A DNA stretch of 63,319 nucleotides, counting the filler, from Octopus bimaculoides (Eukaryota): assembly GCF_001194135.2 (NCBI RefSeq). It is 8 parts of 7 records of this genome, joined end to end, with 100 filler letters (N's around TTAATTAATTAA, not from the genome) between each part and the next. Parts side by side here need not be neighbours in the genome. Positions count along the whole stretch, not along the records: positions 25,957 to 35,808 come from NC_068986.1; positions 35,909 to 47,185 come from NC_068981.1; 6 more parts are not named here. One strand, written 5' to 3'. Position 1 is the stretch's first letter. Each line of letters begins with the position of its first letter. A program made the position numbers and the translations under genes. The notes under the pieces were generated by a model. It was not told where the DNA came from. It saw nothing but the letters and a program-made list of their open reading frames with translations, and made no database searches. This document shows positions 25,957 through 37,700 of this stretch, piece after piece.

Positions 25957-26508
25957 ATAAAATAAAAAAAAGAAAAGTAGTAAATATAAAAAAGTAGTAA
26001 ATATAACAAAAAAATATACATATATATATATATAAAAAGAAATGCATATAAAAATATACACACACACAGCACAGCACAACAACACGCGCACACAGAATTT
26101 AAACACACACACAGAAACAAACATTGTTGGGTGGACGTTACTACACAGTAGTTCTTACGTCCTTTCGACGAGTCTTATTTTTCATCCCGCAGGATGCCAA
26201 CAATCACCCTCCTCACCAAGCGAGCTTGGTGGGGTTGCCAGTTTAGTCGCCGACGACCCGACCATGAGACAGGTTGTACTGGATTACATGTTACCAGTAG
26301 CGCTCAGGAATATTTATAAGAGCGACCTGACATATACATACATACATACATGTGTGCATACATACATAAATACATGTATTCATATACACACACACACACA
26401 ACTGCCAGTAGCGATGATATACTTAGTGGTATTTCTATTCCATGCCTCAACACTCTTCGGCAGGTGCATTTTTGCAATATTCCCTCGTATATAAACAAAC
26501 ACGAGTCT

Positions 26509-26544
<36 letters not shown>

Positions 26545-26573
26545 ACAGCACACACACACACACNNNNNNNNNN

Positions 26574-26610
<37 letters not shown>

Positions 26611-27779
26611 CATACACACACATGCATACACATACAAACGAACAAACAAACAAATGGAACGGTTTCAATAGAACCAATGTTAATAGATGAGAAACTACTG
26701 GAAAACCGTATCGAGTATATTATAGATTAATATGTCATCTCATCTTATCATGTTGTAAATAGAGATAGGCTGCCATACACAGACGTGTCAACATATATCG
26801 ATGATATTAGTGCTATCATGAACGAAAGGTTATATAAATGTTACAAAACTCTACTTAACTGATCTCATCTGGCGTCAGAAGGTCTGTGTAATTGAATTGT
26901 ATGCTTACCATAGTTTGGAATTACCAAGCATCAGAAAATCAGGCGCTGTAGCTTTCCAATTAAAGTAATTTAGAAAATAATATTTAGAATCCGAGGAATT
27001 CAGAAATGGTCAGCGTCAGAACCAGTCTATAGAAAAATTAATAAGAGATCTCATGGTTTATGCGAAAGTCTATAGGAATGTGTCTAGGTGAAAATTTATA
27101 GGAGAGTTCGTAGTTTATATGAGAGCCCGTAGGAGGGTGTATAGAAGAATTCACTGAAGAGCTAGCCGTTGGAAACTGTGAAGAATCTAACGTTTTTGTC
27201 TTCTACCCTTCATCAAAGAGCGAGGATAAAAGAGTAAGCGTTGTAGGGATGTAAACAAATGTATGGGAAGGAATTGTTGGATGGAACAGCTTGAAGGTGA
27301 ACAAGCAAGAAAGAGAAAGGAAATGGTAGGGTTCCTGACAAACGAAAGACAGGAACTAAGACCACAAAAGTGGAATAAGACAACGAATTCAATTAACGAG
27401 TGTGAAAATGGTAAGTTGAAACAGAGCCACTTCTGTCAGCTTGTCGGGAAAACATTGTATTTGAGAAGGTGAGTTAATTTTGTAAAAAAAAAAAATAGGG
27501 TGGTTTGACACCCTGCGCTTGTAAAGAATGTTTCAGTACAACAAAGTGAATAGAAATAATTTCAAACAAGCATTCAAAAAGTTCCGATCGTCAGAGATAT
27601 CTGAAATAGAACTTTAAAATTAAAAAATACCTGAAATTATCATCAAGTCTTGATGGACCGTTTTGTTTTTTTACTCGTTACGTACCCCATTATTAAACTT
27701 AAAAGTAAATTGCGTCAACGAGAAAAACAAAATCTCCCTCAAATTGCGCTCAACTAATGAAAAACGGGGGATACATCAT

Positions 27780-27900
27780 ATGATGTATTACTAGATACAC
27801 TATGTTCTCAAAATAAAACGGAACGAAAAGGATGCAAATCCTTTGATCTTAAGTCTGTTCAATCCAGAATGACCCAGGGGTTAAAAACAACAACAGCTTA
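27780..27900 (+). mobile_element. Retroposon 3' tail fragment (single copy of the unit amplified at 61350-62128)
   Basis: ctagatacactatg...ctttgatcttaagtctg...tgacccaggggttaaaaacaacaac matches the array unit. Confidence 0.65.
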
Positions 27901-28494
27901 AAAGCAAATTGTTTCTTTTAAATAATTCTATTTTAAAAAATGACAGAGATCTATGTAACAGGTCAACAACTATGGATTCAGTATGTGAAATATATTGTCA
28001 CCTGGTAAGGACGCCAGCCTATGAAAGCTGACTTCCCCAGCAATGCTTGTTACCTATTTTTTACAGCTGGATTAACGATGGCAGTGCAGAAAAAAATCTG
28101 CTTAAAACTTGAACAAATCCCTTGAGGTGGATCTCAACATTCATGAATTCGCCATCCTGTCATCTATGATCTCCTGTCCATTCATTTGGATTTTTTTTTT
28201 TTAACAAAAGAATAAATGATAAATTGAAATATAATTGGAAACGTGCAAAGTTTCTGTAATTGTAAGCCGATATAGGGCCTCTGCTGCAAATCTTTCTTCA
28301 CTTATCAATCCAGTCAGGTCGTACTTAGCCAACACCTCGGGAAGGAGATGTGGAAGCTGGACTAATTAACGACATGGACAGAAATGTATTGACATCGATT
28401 TTCTTTTCAACTATTATTAATTACCTTAAGGTGTGAAAGGCTGAATACGTCTAAGATGATGGGACTAGCGATGTTCATAAGGCTAAAATATAAA

Positions 28495-29030
28495 GAAAAG
28501 TGGGTTATAGCTGTCCATGATTGCTAACATATGAATAAAATGGATATTGTCTCCTTGAAAAGAGCATATAAAAGGGGGTGGACAATAAACTTCACGTTGA
28601 CACTAATTTGTGAAGGCAAGTGGACACTAGACGTTCTCTTTATGTTAGCATAGAAAGAAAAGTGGACATTAGCCTGTATTCCTGACACAAACATAGAAAG
28701 TGGACATAAACTGTTCCTTTCAGACTAATATATAAGCAAAATTAAGCATTTGATCCCTTGTGACATAAACATATAAAAATGGGCACCAACCTGTCCTTTT
28801 CATGTGAAGGAAAGCTGTCCTCTTAAAATAGCATATAAGGAAAAATAGACAGCAGACTGTCACCTTAATATAAAAGGGTGGGGACACTAAATGTCCTCTT
28901 GACTAAATCTGGATACTAACCGCTCTCTTGACACTAAGATATACAGAAAAGTGGACACTAGCCGTCCTCTTTAAACTAATATAAAAAGAGGACCCAAATT
29001 GGGCCCTTGAGGCTAGTAGACAGAAAAATG
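28495..29030. repeat. Degenerate ~40-bp minisatellite (aaagTGGACActa..tgtcct..)
   Basis: Unit starts at ~28501, 28541, 28579, 28621, 28663, 28701, 28742, 28780 ... 28910, 28952. Confidence 0.8.
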
Positions 29031-30509
29031 ATAAATTCCAAGTTAGACGGTTCTTCGGCCAAATTTGAATTCCTCATTGAAACCATTCTATTTTTATTGT
29101 TCTCTCTGGGATTAGACGTCATTGCTTCCTCTGAAAGTAGTTAAAGAGAAACAATTTAGTGATGCTTTGGTGTAATATTTCATTTACAGTATATTAATTA
29201 AGACTTTCTATAAATTAGATTATTTTATTTTAGCAATTTTTTTTTACATCCGGCGAGTTGTGAGTGTAATTAACTCCATCAACATAATATAAAAACAAAC
29301 TTGTTAAATAACCTTATTATAGTATTAACGTATAAATTACAGCAAAGTAGTGGGTCGTTACACAAACTAACCATCGTCATCACTTGTCCAATCCACCGCA
29401 AGAATGCCTTAGTAAAGCCACTTAACAACAAACCGGATGAGGATTATTACACAGGAAATGTTTACGTCTTAAAATGAAGCTTATCGTTTCTATTGAAATA
29501 TTAAGGGTGGGTGAGTGTTAAAGTTTCTGTTCCTGTGTACGTGAGAAAAGGAAATGAAAGGGTGGATAGAGTTGTGAATAAGAGTTTGATTGTGTTTGTC
29601 GAACAAGGAAAGTGCGAGGAAAATGAGAGTGGGAGTTAGTGTTTGCAGTTTATTTGTAAAAGCAAAGGAACGAGTCACAGGCGCCGATTTTACTCATTTG
29701 CATATTTGTACTTTCACTAGCAGAGTGTATTAATTAATAAATAGTGCATCAATCAATAACTATGTTTATTAAAACTGCAGTGTGTAGACAAACAGCTTCA
29801 TAGATGTACGCTTAATAAATCCGATAATAACCGATAGCAACTAGTCAAAACTAGTCGAGCTTTTCTCAAGTTTTCTCAAGTCCTGCAGAGAGATCCCTGT
29901 CATTTAACCACGCGTTCTATTTACACATCAATGCTGAACGTAGGTTTACCACACATACGTAGGTGGACCTAGTCATAATTTGTCCACACATCGCTAACTT
30001 ATCATTTTGATTTAGATATTTTATAATTTTCCATTGAATGAAATGATATGCAAATTTGTAAAATTGGTGCGAGTTCCTCGTTGCATTGTTTTACAAATAA
30101 ACTATAAGTTACTAGTTCTCTCTCATGCTCTTTCAGTCTCTCTCTATTTCTCTCTCTCTATCTATCTCTCTCTCGCTCTCTCTCACTCACTCTTTTGTTG
30201 GAATACAAGTAAACCGTCCCGATGTGACGGCAATAGCCAGTCGAAACTAGTCAAATTTTTCTTGAGTTCGTCTTGCAGAGAGACCCCAGTGAATTAACCA
30301 CAGGTTCTGTTGACACATTGAAATGGTTATTCAATATACACATAGGTGGACGTAGTCATATAACATATGCAGACACTGTTGCCTCAGTACCTTAAAACTT
30401 ACACCTTGCTCAACAATTGATATATAGAACAGGGTCTCATATCTTCCTGGCTCACGCTGTTGTGTCCCCGTATCCTTCTACAGAAGAGTTAATCAACAAG
30501 CAACAGTAA

Positions 30510-30568
30510 CTACATCGCCTGGCAACATTTCTTGCGATAAATTAGAGTTATTAAAGCGACCATTAAAT
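30510..30568 (-). CDS. Candidate terminal exon (phase 1: LMVALITLIYRKKCCQAM*)
   Basis: Acceptor gatatttctttctgcag|; an alternative phase-2 reading is also briefly open; no homology. Confidence 0.15.
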
Positions 30569-31006
30569 CTGCAGAAAGAAATATCGACTTTAGGAATCTC
30601 GATAGACGAAGAAAGTATTTCAAATTTATAACACTCGCGCTCACATACGAATATAAGCATAAGTACTCAGTCTATTGGGATGTTTTGGAAGAATAACCTG
30701 TTAATAAACTAACGATATGTCATTTTTACTTATTTTACTCCACTAACGAGATTTTGACTAAAAAAATGTTTTAATTACTGGAATTTAATTCATTTGGGCA
30801 AATCGAAACAGCTGTAAGGTAACATGTTGAATTCTTGCAGTTAATATTAACGTTGCATCTCCATTTTCTGGCTTTTAATTTGAATATTTATAAACAAAGT
30901 TTTATACTTAAACCTATTGCTTTAGGAATATTACTATTCACAACAAAATAATAGGTAACAAATTCTATCCCTTAGGTTGGTTATATTAACCTCTATTTAG
31001 ACCTTA

Positions 31007-31017
<11 letters not shown>

Positions 31018-31087
<70 letters not shown>

Positions 31088-31100
31088 TGTGTGTGTGTGC
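31018..31100. repeat. (TG)n microsatellite
   Basis: Direct inspection. Confidence 0.95.
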
Positions 31101-31579
31101 GTAAGTAATTAAGATTCAGTTGAATTGGGTACTTAAGTTGAAGTACCAAGTCAGTTCGGTATTGTAAGCGCAGTTCGAAGGTGAATAAATTCAAGATAAA
31201 TTACAGGATTTCAAGTAGTAATGCAGTACGACCGTTTCAAGCGACTTCATCTAATTGAACAATGCAATCATTGCATCAACTTAAAATACTGCTATCTTCA
31301 GCTGCACAAATAAGGAACTTCAACAGACAAGATACATTAATATAATTTTTCTTAATTATTTTAACAAAGCAAGAGGATGGAAGAAATTCATGTTGTCACT
31401 ATTGTAACAAAAATAGCTAAGAGAAGAACAAATTTAGTTGTATAATATTATTTGATTTAATAAATGATGTATTATGAGTTTCATGCTCAGATAATATAAT
31501 AATCGGACAAACTTGTGTAGCGTTCCGTGCACTATCCTGCAATATGACTGCTTTTTCCCATTTCCTCGTTCTTTCTCAG

Positions 31580-31616
31580 AGAGCAGCCATGTTTATAGAT
31601 TACAGGACAGTACAAG
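31580..31616 (+). CDS. Candidate start-codon-containing exon (..GCAGCCATG, MFIDYRTVQ)
   Basis: Long polypyrimidine tract tttttcccatttcctcgttctttctcag|, donor AAG|gtacgc, ATG at 31589 in good context. Confidence 0.3.
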
Positions 31617-31755
31617 GTACGCTATAATAAGCTCGTCCGATCATTGCACTATCTGAGCATTAGACATACTAGCTCATTTTTAAATCTTAATTTATTAAAT
31701 TATATTTATTTCTTGCTGGATTGAACAGATTTATTGATCCGACGAATAACGGCAC

Positions 31756-31756
<1 letters not shown>

Positions 31757-31845
<89 letters not shown>
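31757..31845. repeat. (TG)n microsatellite
   Basis: Direct inspection. Confidence 0.95.
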
Positions 31846-31848
<3 letters not shown>

Positions 31849-31934
31849 ATGTAGTAAAATGACAAAAAGAACGCATTAAACTTTCAGTGGATAATGGAAA
31901 TCTAATGTTTTGGAAAAAGTCGTTCTTCAAGAAA

Positions 31935-32235
31935 AACTGACAGGATCGAAATTGAGGAGAGAGAGAGCAGAGTTTTGCATCTCTGAGTTAAATAAGCTGG
32001 TTGTAATAAATATGGAGCGCAGGACCACGGAGCGCCATGCGTGGACAGGAAGAGAAACTGAAGGTAGAGAAACCGGGTGAGAGAAGTGGAAGTAGAATGG
32101 ACTAAAGAGGGAAAGCAGACGAAGGTAAAAGTGAGTTGAATGGAAGGCCTCCGGAAGGTTGGTAAACATTGACACATTATTATCAGACCGGTCGACAAGG
32201 GTGGCGCCATCATAGTTTGGCAAATGACCTTTACA
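31935..32235 (+). mobile_element. Penelope-like RT N-terminal remnant
   Basis: IIIRPVDKGGAIIVW (~32177-32221) matches the (A)DKG motif typical of PLE reverse transcriptases. Confidence 0.6.
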
Positions 32236-33417
32236 GACAAAAAGTTTACGAGTACACATACACCCATATAAATGTGTGTATACATATATGCATACAAGCA
32301 TTCATATGCGTTTATGTGTATAACATGTGCGCCTTTTAAATGTACAAGACTAGCTATTTAATTCGTTACATCCTGAAATAAATGCCACTTGAACCAGTCA
32401 AGTTCATACTATTCCTAATCCGATGTTTAGCCTCTCCTCTACATAAAAACTTTATCAAGTTCACAATATTTGTACAGCCTCTCCTACTTTGTTGATATTA
32501 TGCAATGTCATTTACATTTCTCCTAATCCGATTTAGATATGTTATATTTACAGATTGTAACAGGATTTTATATTTCTTTTAAAGCATTTTATTTCCATTT
32601 TAAAGTTGTATATAGTTTTCTGTAAAAATATTCTCCATGTAATCTAATACTTCATCTTAAATTCAAAGAAAAAAATCTTTCACACTTTATTCCATTTAAT
32701 CCTTGGTAAACTGCAAAATACGATAAAATAAATGAAATCGATTTTCTGTCGTGTTGTTTTTAAATCGGCTAAAAATAAAAAGCGTATCTTTCCAGTTAGA
32801 AATACAATGCCTCAATGTACATATGTTCCCTGCCTGTAGAAGATTATATATTCAGAATTTAGTCATGTAAATATATACACAACACAACCGTAACCTCTCA
32901 CATTTCTATAGCCTCGTCACTATTCCGGTTTGCCTCAAACATAGCAGTTCAACTATTTCGTTTCTCTTCAATAATAAGATTAGATGTTTGGGAGGCAGAG
33001 GGGTACTGTTTCCTTGGCGTTAATGTGTGTCTGTGAGTGTGTTTGTATGCGTGTGTGTTTGTATGCGTGTGTGTGTGTATGTGTGTTGAGTAATACTGTT
33101 ACCAAACACACACACACACACGCACACATACACACGTGTGCACACGTACAAATACACACACACACATGGCTAGATACATAAATAGGTTTACTAAATATGT
33201 ATAAGTATACATGGAAATTGTCACTACATGTATGTATGTATGTATGTATGTATGCATGTATGTATGCATGAGTATTTTAGCATTTTAAAATACTAAATTT
33301 TAAGAAACTTTTAAAATATTGTGACACTATCAAGTATTTTTTGCAAAATAATATATATATATATATACATATATAAATATAAGCACACGTGCATATACAT
33401 ATATAAATATATATATA

Positions 33418-33454
<37 letters not shown>

Positions 33455-33836
33455 NNNNNNNNNNNNNNNNNNNNNNNNNNNNNNNNNNNNNNNNNNNNNN
33501 NNNNNNNNNNNNNNNNNNNNNNNNNNNNNNNNNNNNNNNNATATACACATACACACACGTGTATTTATATATATATTCGTTGATGCAAACAGGAAAACAT
33601 AGAACTCAAAACCTGAGTGTATATACTTATGAAATTCGTTTATATCGATTATATGTATATACATGTGAGCGTGTTTCTGTGTGGAAAGGAATTAGATGGC
33701 AGAATCGGTAGATTATCGAGCAAAAATATCATGTGATATTTTGTTGCCACTCCTTTTATTGCAAGTTCCAATCCTACCTTCCACGCATGCAACCAAAGCC
33801 CAAAGATAATACTTCGTGTCTATATGCAATCCATAA

Positions 33837-33883
<47 letters not shown>

Positions 33884-34455
33884 ATACCTTATTGTTATGT
33901 ACATAATGTTAGAAAGCTAAGGCAAAGTGTGTGTTTATTGAATGCATTAGCAGAATAGAGAAAAGAAAACGGGAGAATTGTTGACTGAGAGATTGTTTTC
34001 CCGCGAGGATTAATGATGTCGATACAGCGAAATGGTAACAAAACAGAATCAAAACCGTGTCGTAGACTCCTCGGTACACCAGACCTCTTCACCAACTCCT
34101 CACCGCCAACCATATATTTCATATAATAATATATAAGCCAACACACCCCTCCACCACCCCTTCCTTTCCCTGTTGTTTTACTGTTTGTGCGCGTGCGTGT
34201 ATGTGTTACAGATATTTTATGAGATTTTCAATGCTACGGCACCCTAGAAAGACGAATATATCAGACAATAGCATTATTCCTCTCCTAAAAATCACATCTA
34301 TATATATATATCGTAATTCTGTAAGAAATGACATCGACTAAATAATGAATATAGAAGAGGTGTGTTTTAATATAACATCAATGTCTGAAAGTGAATGAAT
34401 ATGGTCTAGCTATATATGTGTCACTTTCACATTCTACACTATATAAACCAGTTAA

Positions 34456-34612
34456 GGTGCGTGGCATGGTGGCTAGAGTGTTCGGCTCACAATCATAAGT
34501 TTGTGAGTTCGATTCACGGACAGGTCGACATGTTGTATCCTTGAGCAAGGCAATTCATTTCACGTTGCCCCAGCCAGCTCAGGTGACAAGGGGTACAAGC
34601 CGAATCCTGGGC
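34456..34612 (+). mobile_element. tRNA-headed CORE-like SINE
   Basis: ggtgcgtggcatggtggctagagtgttcggctcacaatc...gagttcgattc...gttgtatccttgagcaaggca. Confidence 0.75.
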
Positions 34613-35025
34613 TCTCTCTCTCTCTCCCTCTCTCTCTCTCACTCTCCAGTAACCATATCCTGGATGTGAAGCTGGCCTCAGAGGCTAGGAGAGTTGAAAG
34701 AGTGTTTTTGTCGACCCACAGCCACAGAAGAATCTAAAATCAAGAATCGCTGCTACGTATCACCAAACCATCAACATGTCGTCTCGCTCATACCTACAAA
34801 CTATTCCAAGAAAAACCGTCGCCTATGTTCTTATATTTATTCCAAATATTATGAACCTCCGAACAAATCCGAAAGCACTCAGATTTTCATTGAGACCATA
34901 TTAAAACTTTGTATTAAAGTATTTAATTTTATTAAATCATTTAAATACAAAAAAATAACATGTTAATCCAATGCCGGATTATTGCATATGTCATTAATAG
35001 TTGAAAACTTGTATTATGTATAATA

Positions 35026-35543
35026 CGAGATCTGATCAAAAAATATTGGGTCAGGTGCTATAAAAAGAAAGCTACAAAGCATATCAATTCGCCATTTAAT
35101 CTCCTTCGAAATAATCCATCTTCTAAAGCCACATACTTTATCCAGCGTCGCTTCCATTGACGGACGCATTGCTAGAATTCCTTTTGGTGGAATTGCGAGC
35201 AGCTTCCACGGCTCATTTTCTTGAATTTCCTCGACGTCTTGAAATCTTGTTGAAGTCTTCCACTGCGAAGACAGAGCCTTGGTTTTGGAACCATAACCAT
35301 AGACCCACGATTTCAAAAGGTTTTCGTCTTTCTCGACACACTCAAGGAGATCCAGCGCAGCTGAAACTCGATCTTCTTTTGAAACGACCTCATTCTACAC
35401 ACTTTGCCTTCAAGCACTGCTCTACACAACGGAAGTGAGCGAGAATGTTATCACTTAATGTGCGTGTGCGACAGAGTTCAAGGTCTGAGTACTTCAATTT
35501 CGTTACCATAGCAACAGTTCCCAAACTTTGTAATCAGAACTCG
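35026..35543 (-). mobile_element. Internally deleted non-autonomous mariner element (518 bp) with both TIRs
   Basis: TA|cgagatctgatcaaaaaatattggg ... cccaaactttgtaatcagaactcg; minus-strand remnants DLLECVEKDEN, SWVYGYGSKTKALSSQWK and WKRRWIK. Confidence 0.85.
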
Positions 35544-35808
35544 AACGCGTGTGTATGCGCATGCGTGTGTGTCTAGAAATATATATACATACGCATGTGG
35601 TGCATATCTGTCACTCCATGTATATATTGCCCAAAATGGTCGTGACTTCTGGGACTTGAATGATGAAAGAAAGCCAAGAATGATCCGTCTTTTTTTGTCT
35701 GTCCTAATTGTTTTTTTTTTTTTTTCTTGTCCGCCTTTGTGTCGTCCGAACGTTTTAATGTTCTCTATTGCGTTTTTGTTCCATTTATATATATATATAT
35801 ATATATAT

Positions 35809-35908
35809 NNNNNNNNNNNNNNNNNNNNNNNNNNNNNNNNNNNNNNNNNNNNTTAATTAATTAANNNNNNNNNNNNNNNNNNNNNNNNNNNNNNNNNNNN
35901 NNNNNNNN
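35809..35908. other. Artificial scaffold spacer
   Basis: 44N-TTAATTAATTAA-44N. Confidence 0.95.
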
Positions 35909-35947
<39 letters not shown>

Positions 35948-36779
35948 GTGCGCGTGTGTGTGTGTGTATGCGTGTGTGTGTGTGTGTATATGTGCGTGTT
36001 TATGCGCGCGCTGCTGTGTGTGTGTACATATGCATTCATAGAAATATATGCTTACATTAGATAATATCTGAAAAAAAACACGCGTAGGATTATGAAGCAG
36101 AGAGAAGTCAAGCAAGAAAATAAATTAGCGTTGCGTAAAATAATGGAAATACCTTGTTAAAAGGGTGGTTTAGTACTTAGTACCGAAATGATCCAGCTTT
36201 CACATCAATCTCGGATTTCATAAGTCGAGGAGTTGATTTATGTATGTTCTGGACTATTTTTAGTGGCATTTTGAGCCGTTATTGGAGTAAAACCTGCTTT
36301 GGCTCTTTCAGCCATTGTGATAGAGGAAAGCGGCTTCTCGTTTGGTGCTTCAAAATGCACCAGCATGTTCGATGATATAGCGATCCTATAATTGTGGGAG
36401 CCAACCCAAGCGTTTGACATCACTTTCGTACTTTCCATACTAACTTTGAATATCATTAGTCGAGTGAGTTGTCGCATTAAGGACCTGAAATATAGCGCAA
36501 CGATTGAGGTGCGTGTGTAACCTATGATGGACATGATCAGTCAAAATATTAAGATAATCCTTTGTGTTAACTCTGCCATCAGTAACACTAATGGCCATGG
36601 ATATTCCATGATACGGCTCCCTAAATCTTCACAGAGCCACAGCACTCGTAAGACATATTATCTCAGGATGGATTACGCAGTACTGACCTATTGACTTTGT
36701 ATATTCATTAACAATCATACTCAAATGGTTATTTTAATTTAATAGTCTCAGTTCCACCAAGATTGCTGTGAGTCCCACA

Positions 36780-37700
36780 GTAGCATGACTAATACTCAAA
36801 CAGATGACAGTGAAAGACGTAGTGAATGCACCGAACATTTTTTTCTAAAACAAACTTGTGCTGTTCGAAATAGCCCATCACAGCAGAAAATATTTGTCAG
36901 TGTGGCTTGATTGTAGAAGATACTCAACCCTATCAGAACCCCGTAGTTGCAGAAGTTTCTGCACTTGGTAAAACTACCGGCTACATTAGTCGCTGCCATG
37001 AAGAGGCTCACAAAATTTGGACAGCTACCCTCACACTAACAAATGAAAGCGGATGGATTGCATCCGATGTAATAGATATCTCGAAAAGAATATTGCGAGG
37101 AGATAACCTTTCTGTAATTCTATTCATACTGGCATTAAACTCGCTGATTTGTTTTGATAAAAATACTAATGTCTATATGTTGGGTTTGCACATGTTAAAA
37201 TTATCATTGGAAGTTCAACAGCTAGATTTTATGACATTTTCCGCTAACATTGGAATAGAATTAGGCCGAAAGAAGTGTTGATAGTTGAATGTGGAAACTC
37301 AATATAACTTGTGAATTACCTTTCCCGTCTATCTCCTCTGATTCACACAAAGATTACTAGCAATACCAAGGAATTCATGAAAATTTACCATACAAACCTG
37401 CAGTGGACAAAAATAGAGTGATGCATGGACATTACACCAAACTTAAGAAAATCTGACAATCAAGACAATATTCCATATTTCATTTGCCGTACCAGTGCTG
37501 AAACCAATATTTGGGATACTTGACTTCACTTGACTGGGAAATTCACTAACTAGATATTAAAACCCAGAATATATACATCAGCACAAGGAATATTAGTGAG
37601 TTATATTCTCATCAGAAGAGGTTGGATATAGTTCTGAGGAACAGACAAAATAAGTATATACCTTCAAAAGCACCAGTTGCCCAGCTGATGAAAATATCTA
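36780..37700 (+). mobile_element. Decayed R4/Dong-like reverse transcriptase region
   Basis: VWLDCRR (cf. AWIDYKK), KRILRGDNLSVILFILALNSL (cf. GIFQGDSLSPLLF), NIGIELGRKKC (cf. DIGMEFGLDKC), FAVPVLKPIFGILD. Confidence 0.75.

Noticed and set aside
26193-26272. Plus-strand exon-like segment with strong acceptor (GCQQSPSSPSELGG..)
   Set aside because: GC-rich sequence that I recall as an octopod retroposon 3' region ending gagcgacctgac; more likely repeat than exon (unverified; needs RepeatMasker).
27185-27225. Hammerhead-like motif on the minus strand (TTGATGAAGGG..AAAAC)
   Set aside because: Core positions mutated (CUGA to UUGA, GAAA to AAAA) and stem II broken; at most a dead PLE relic.
29955-29995. 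miR-279-like sequence TGACTAGGTCCAC on the minus strand
   Set aside because: Seed differs from miR-279 and the hairpin has only ~6 paired bases; not a pre-miRNA fold.
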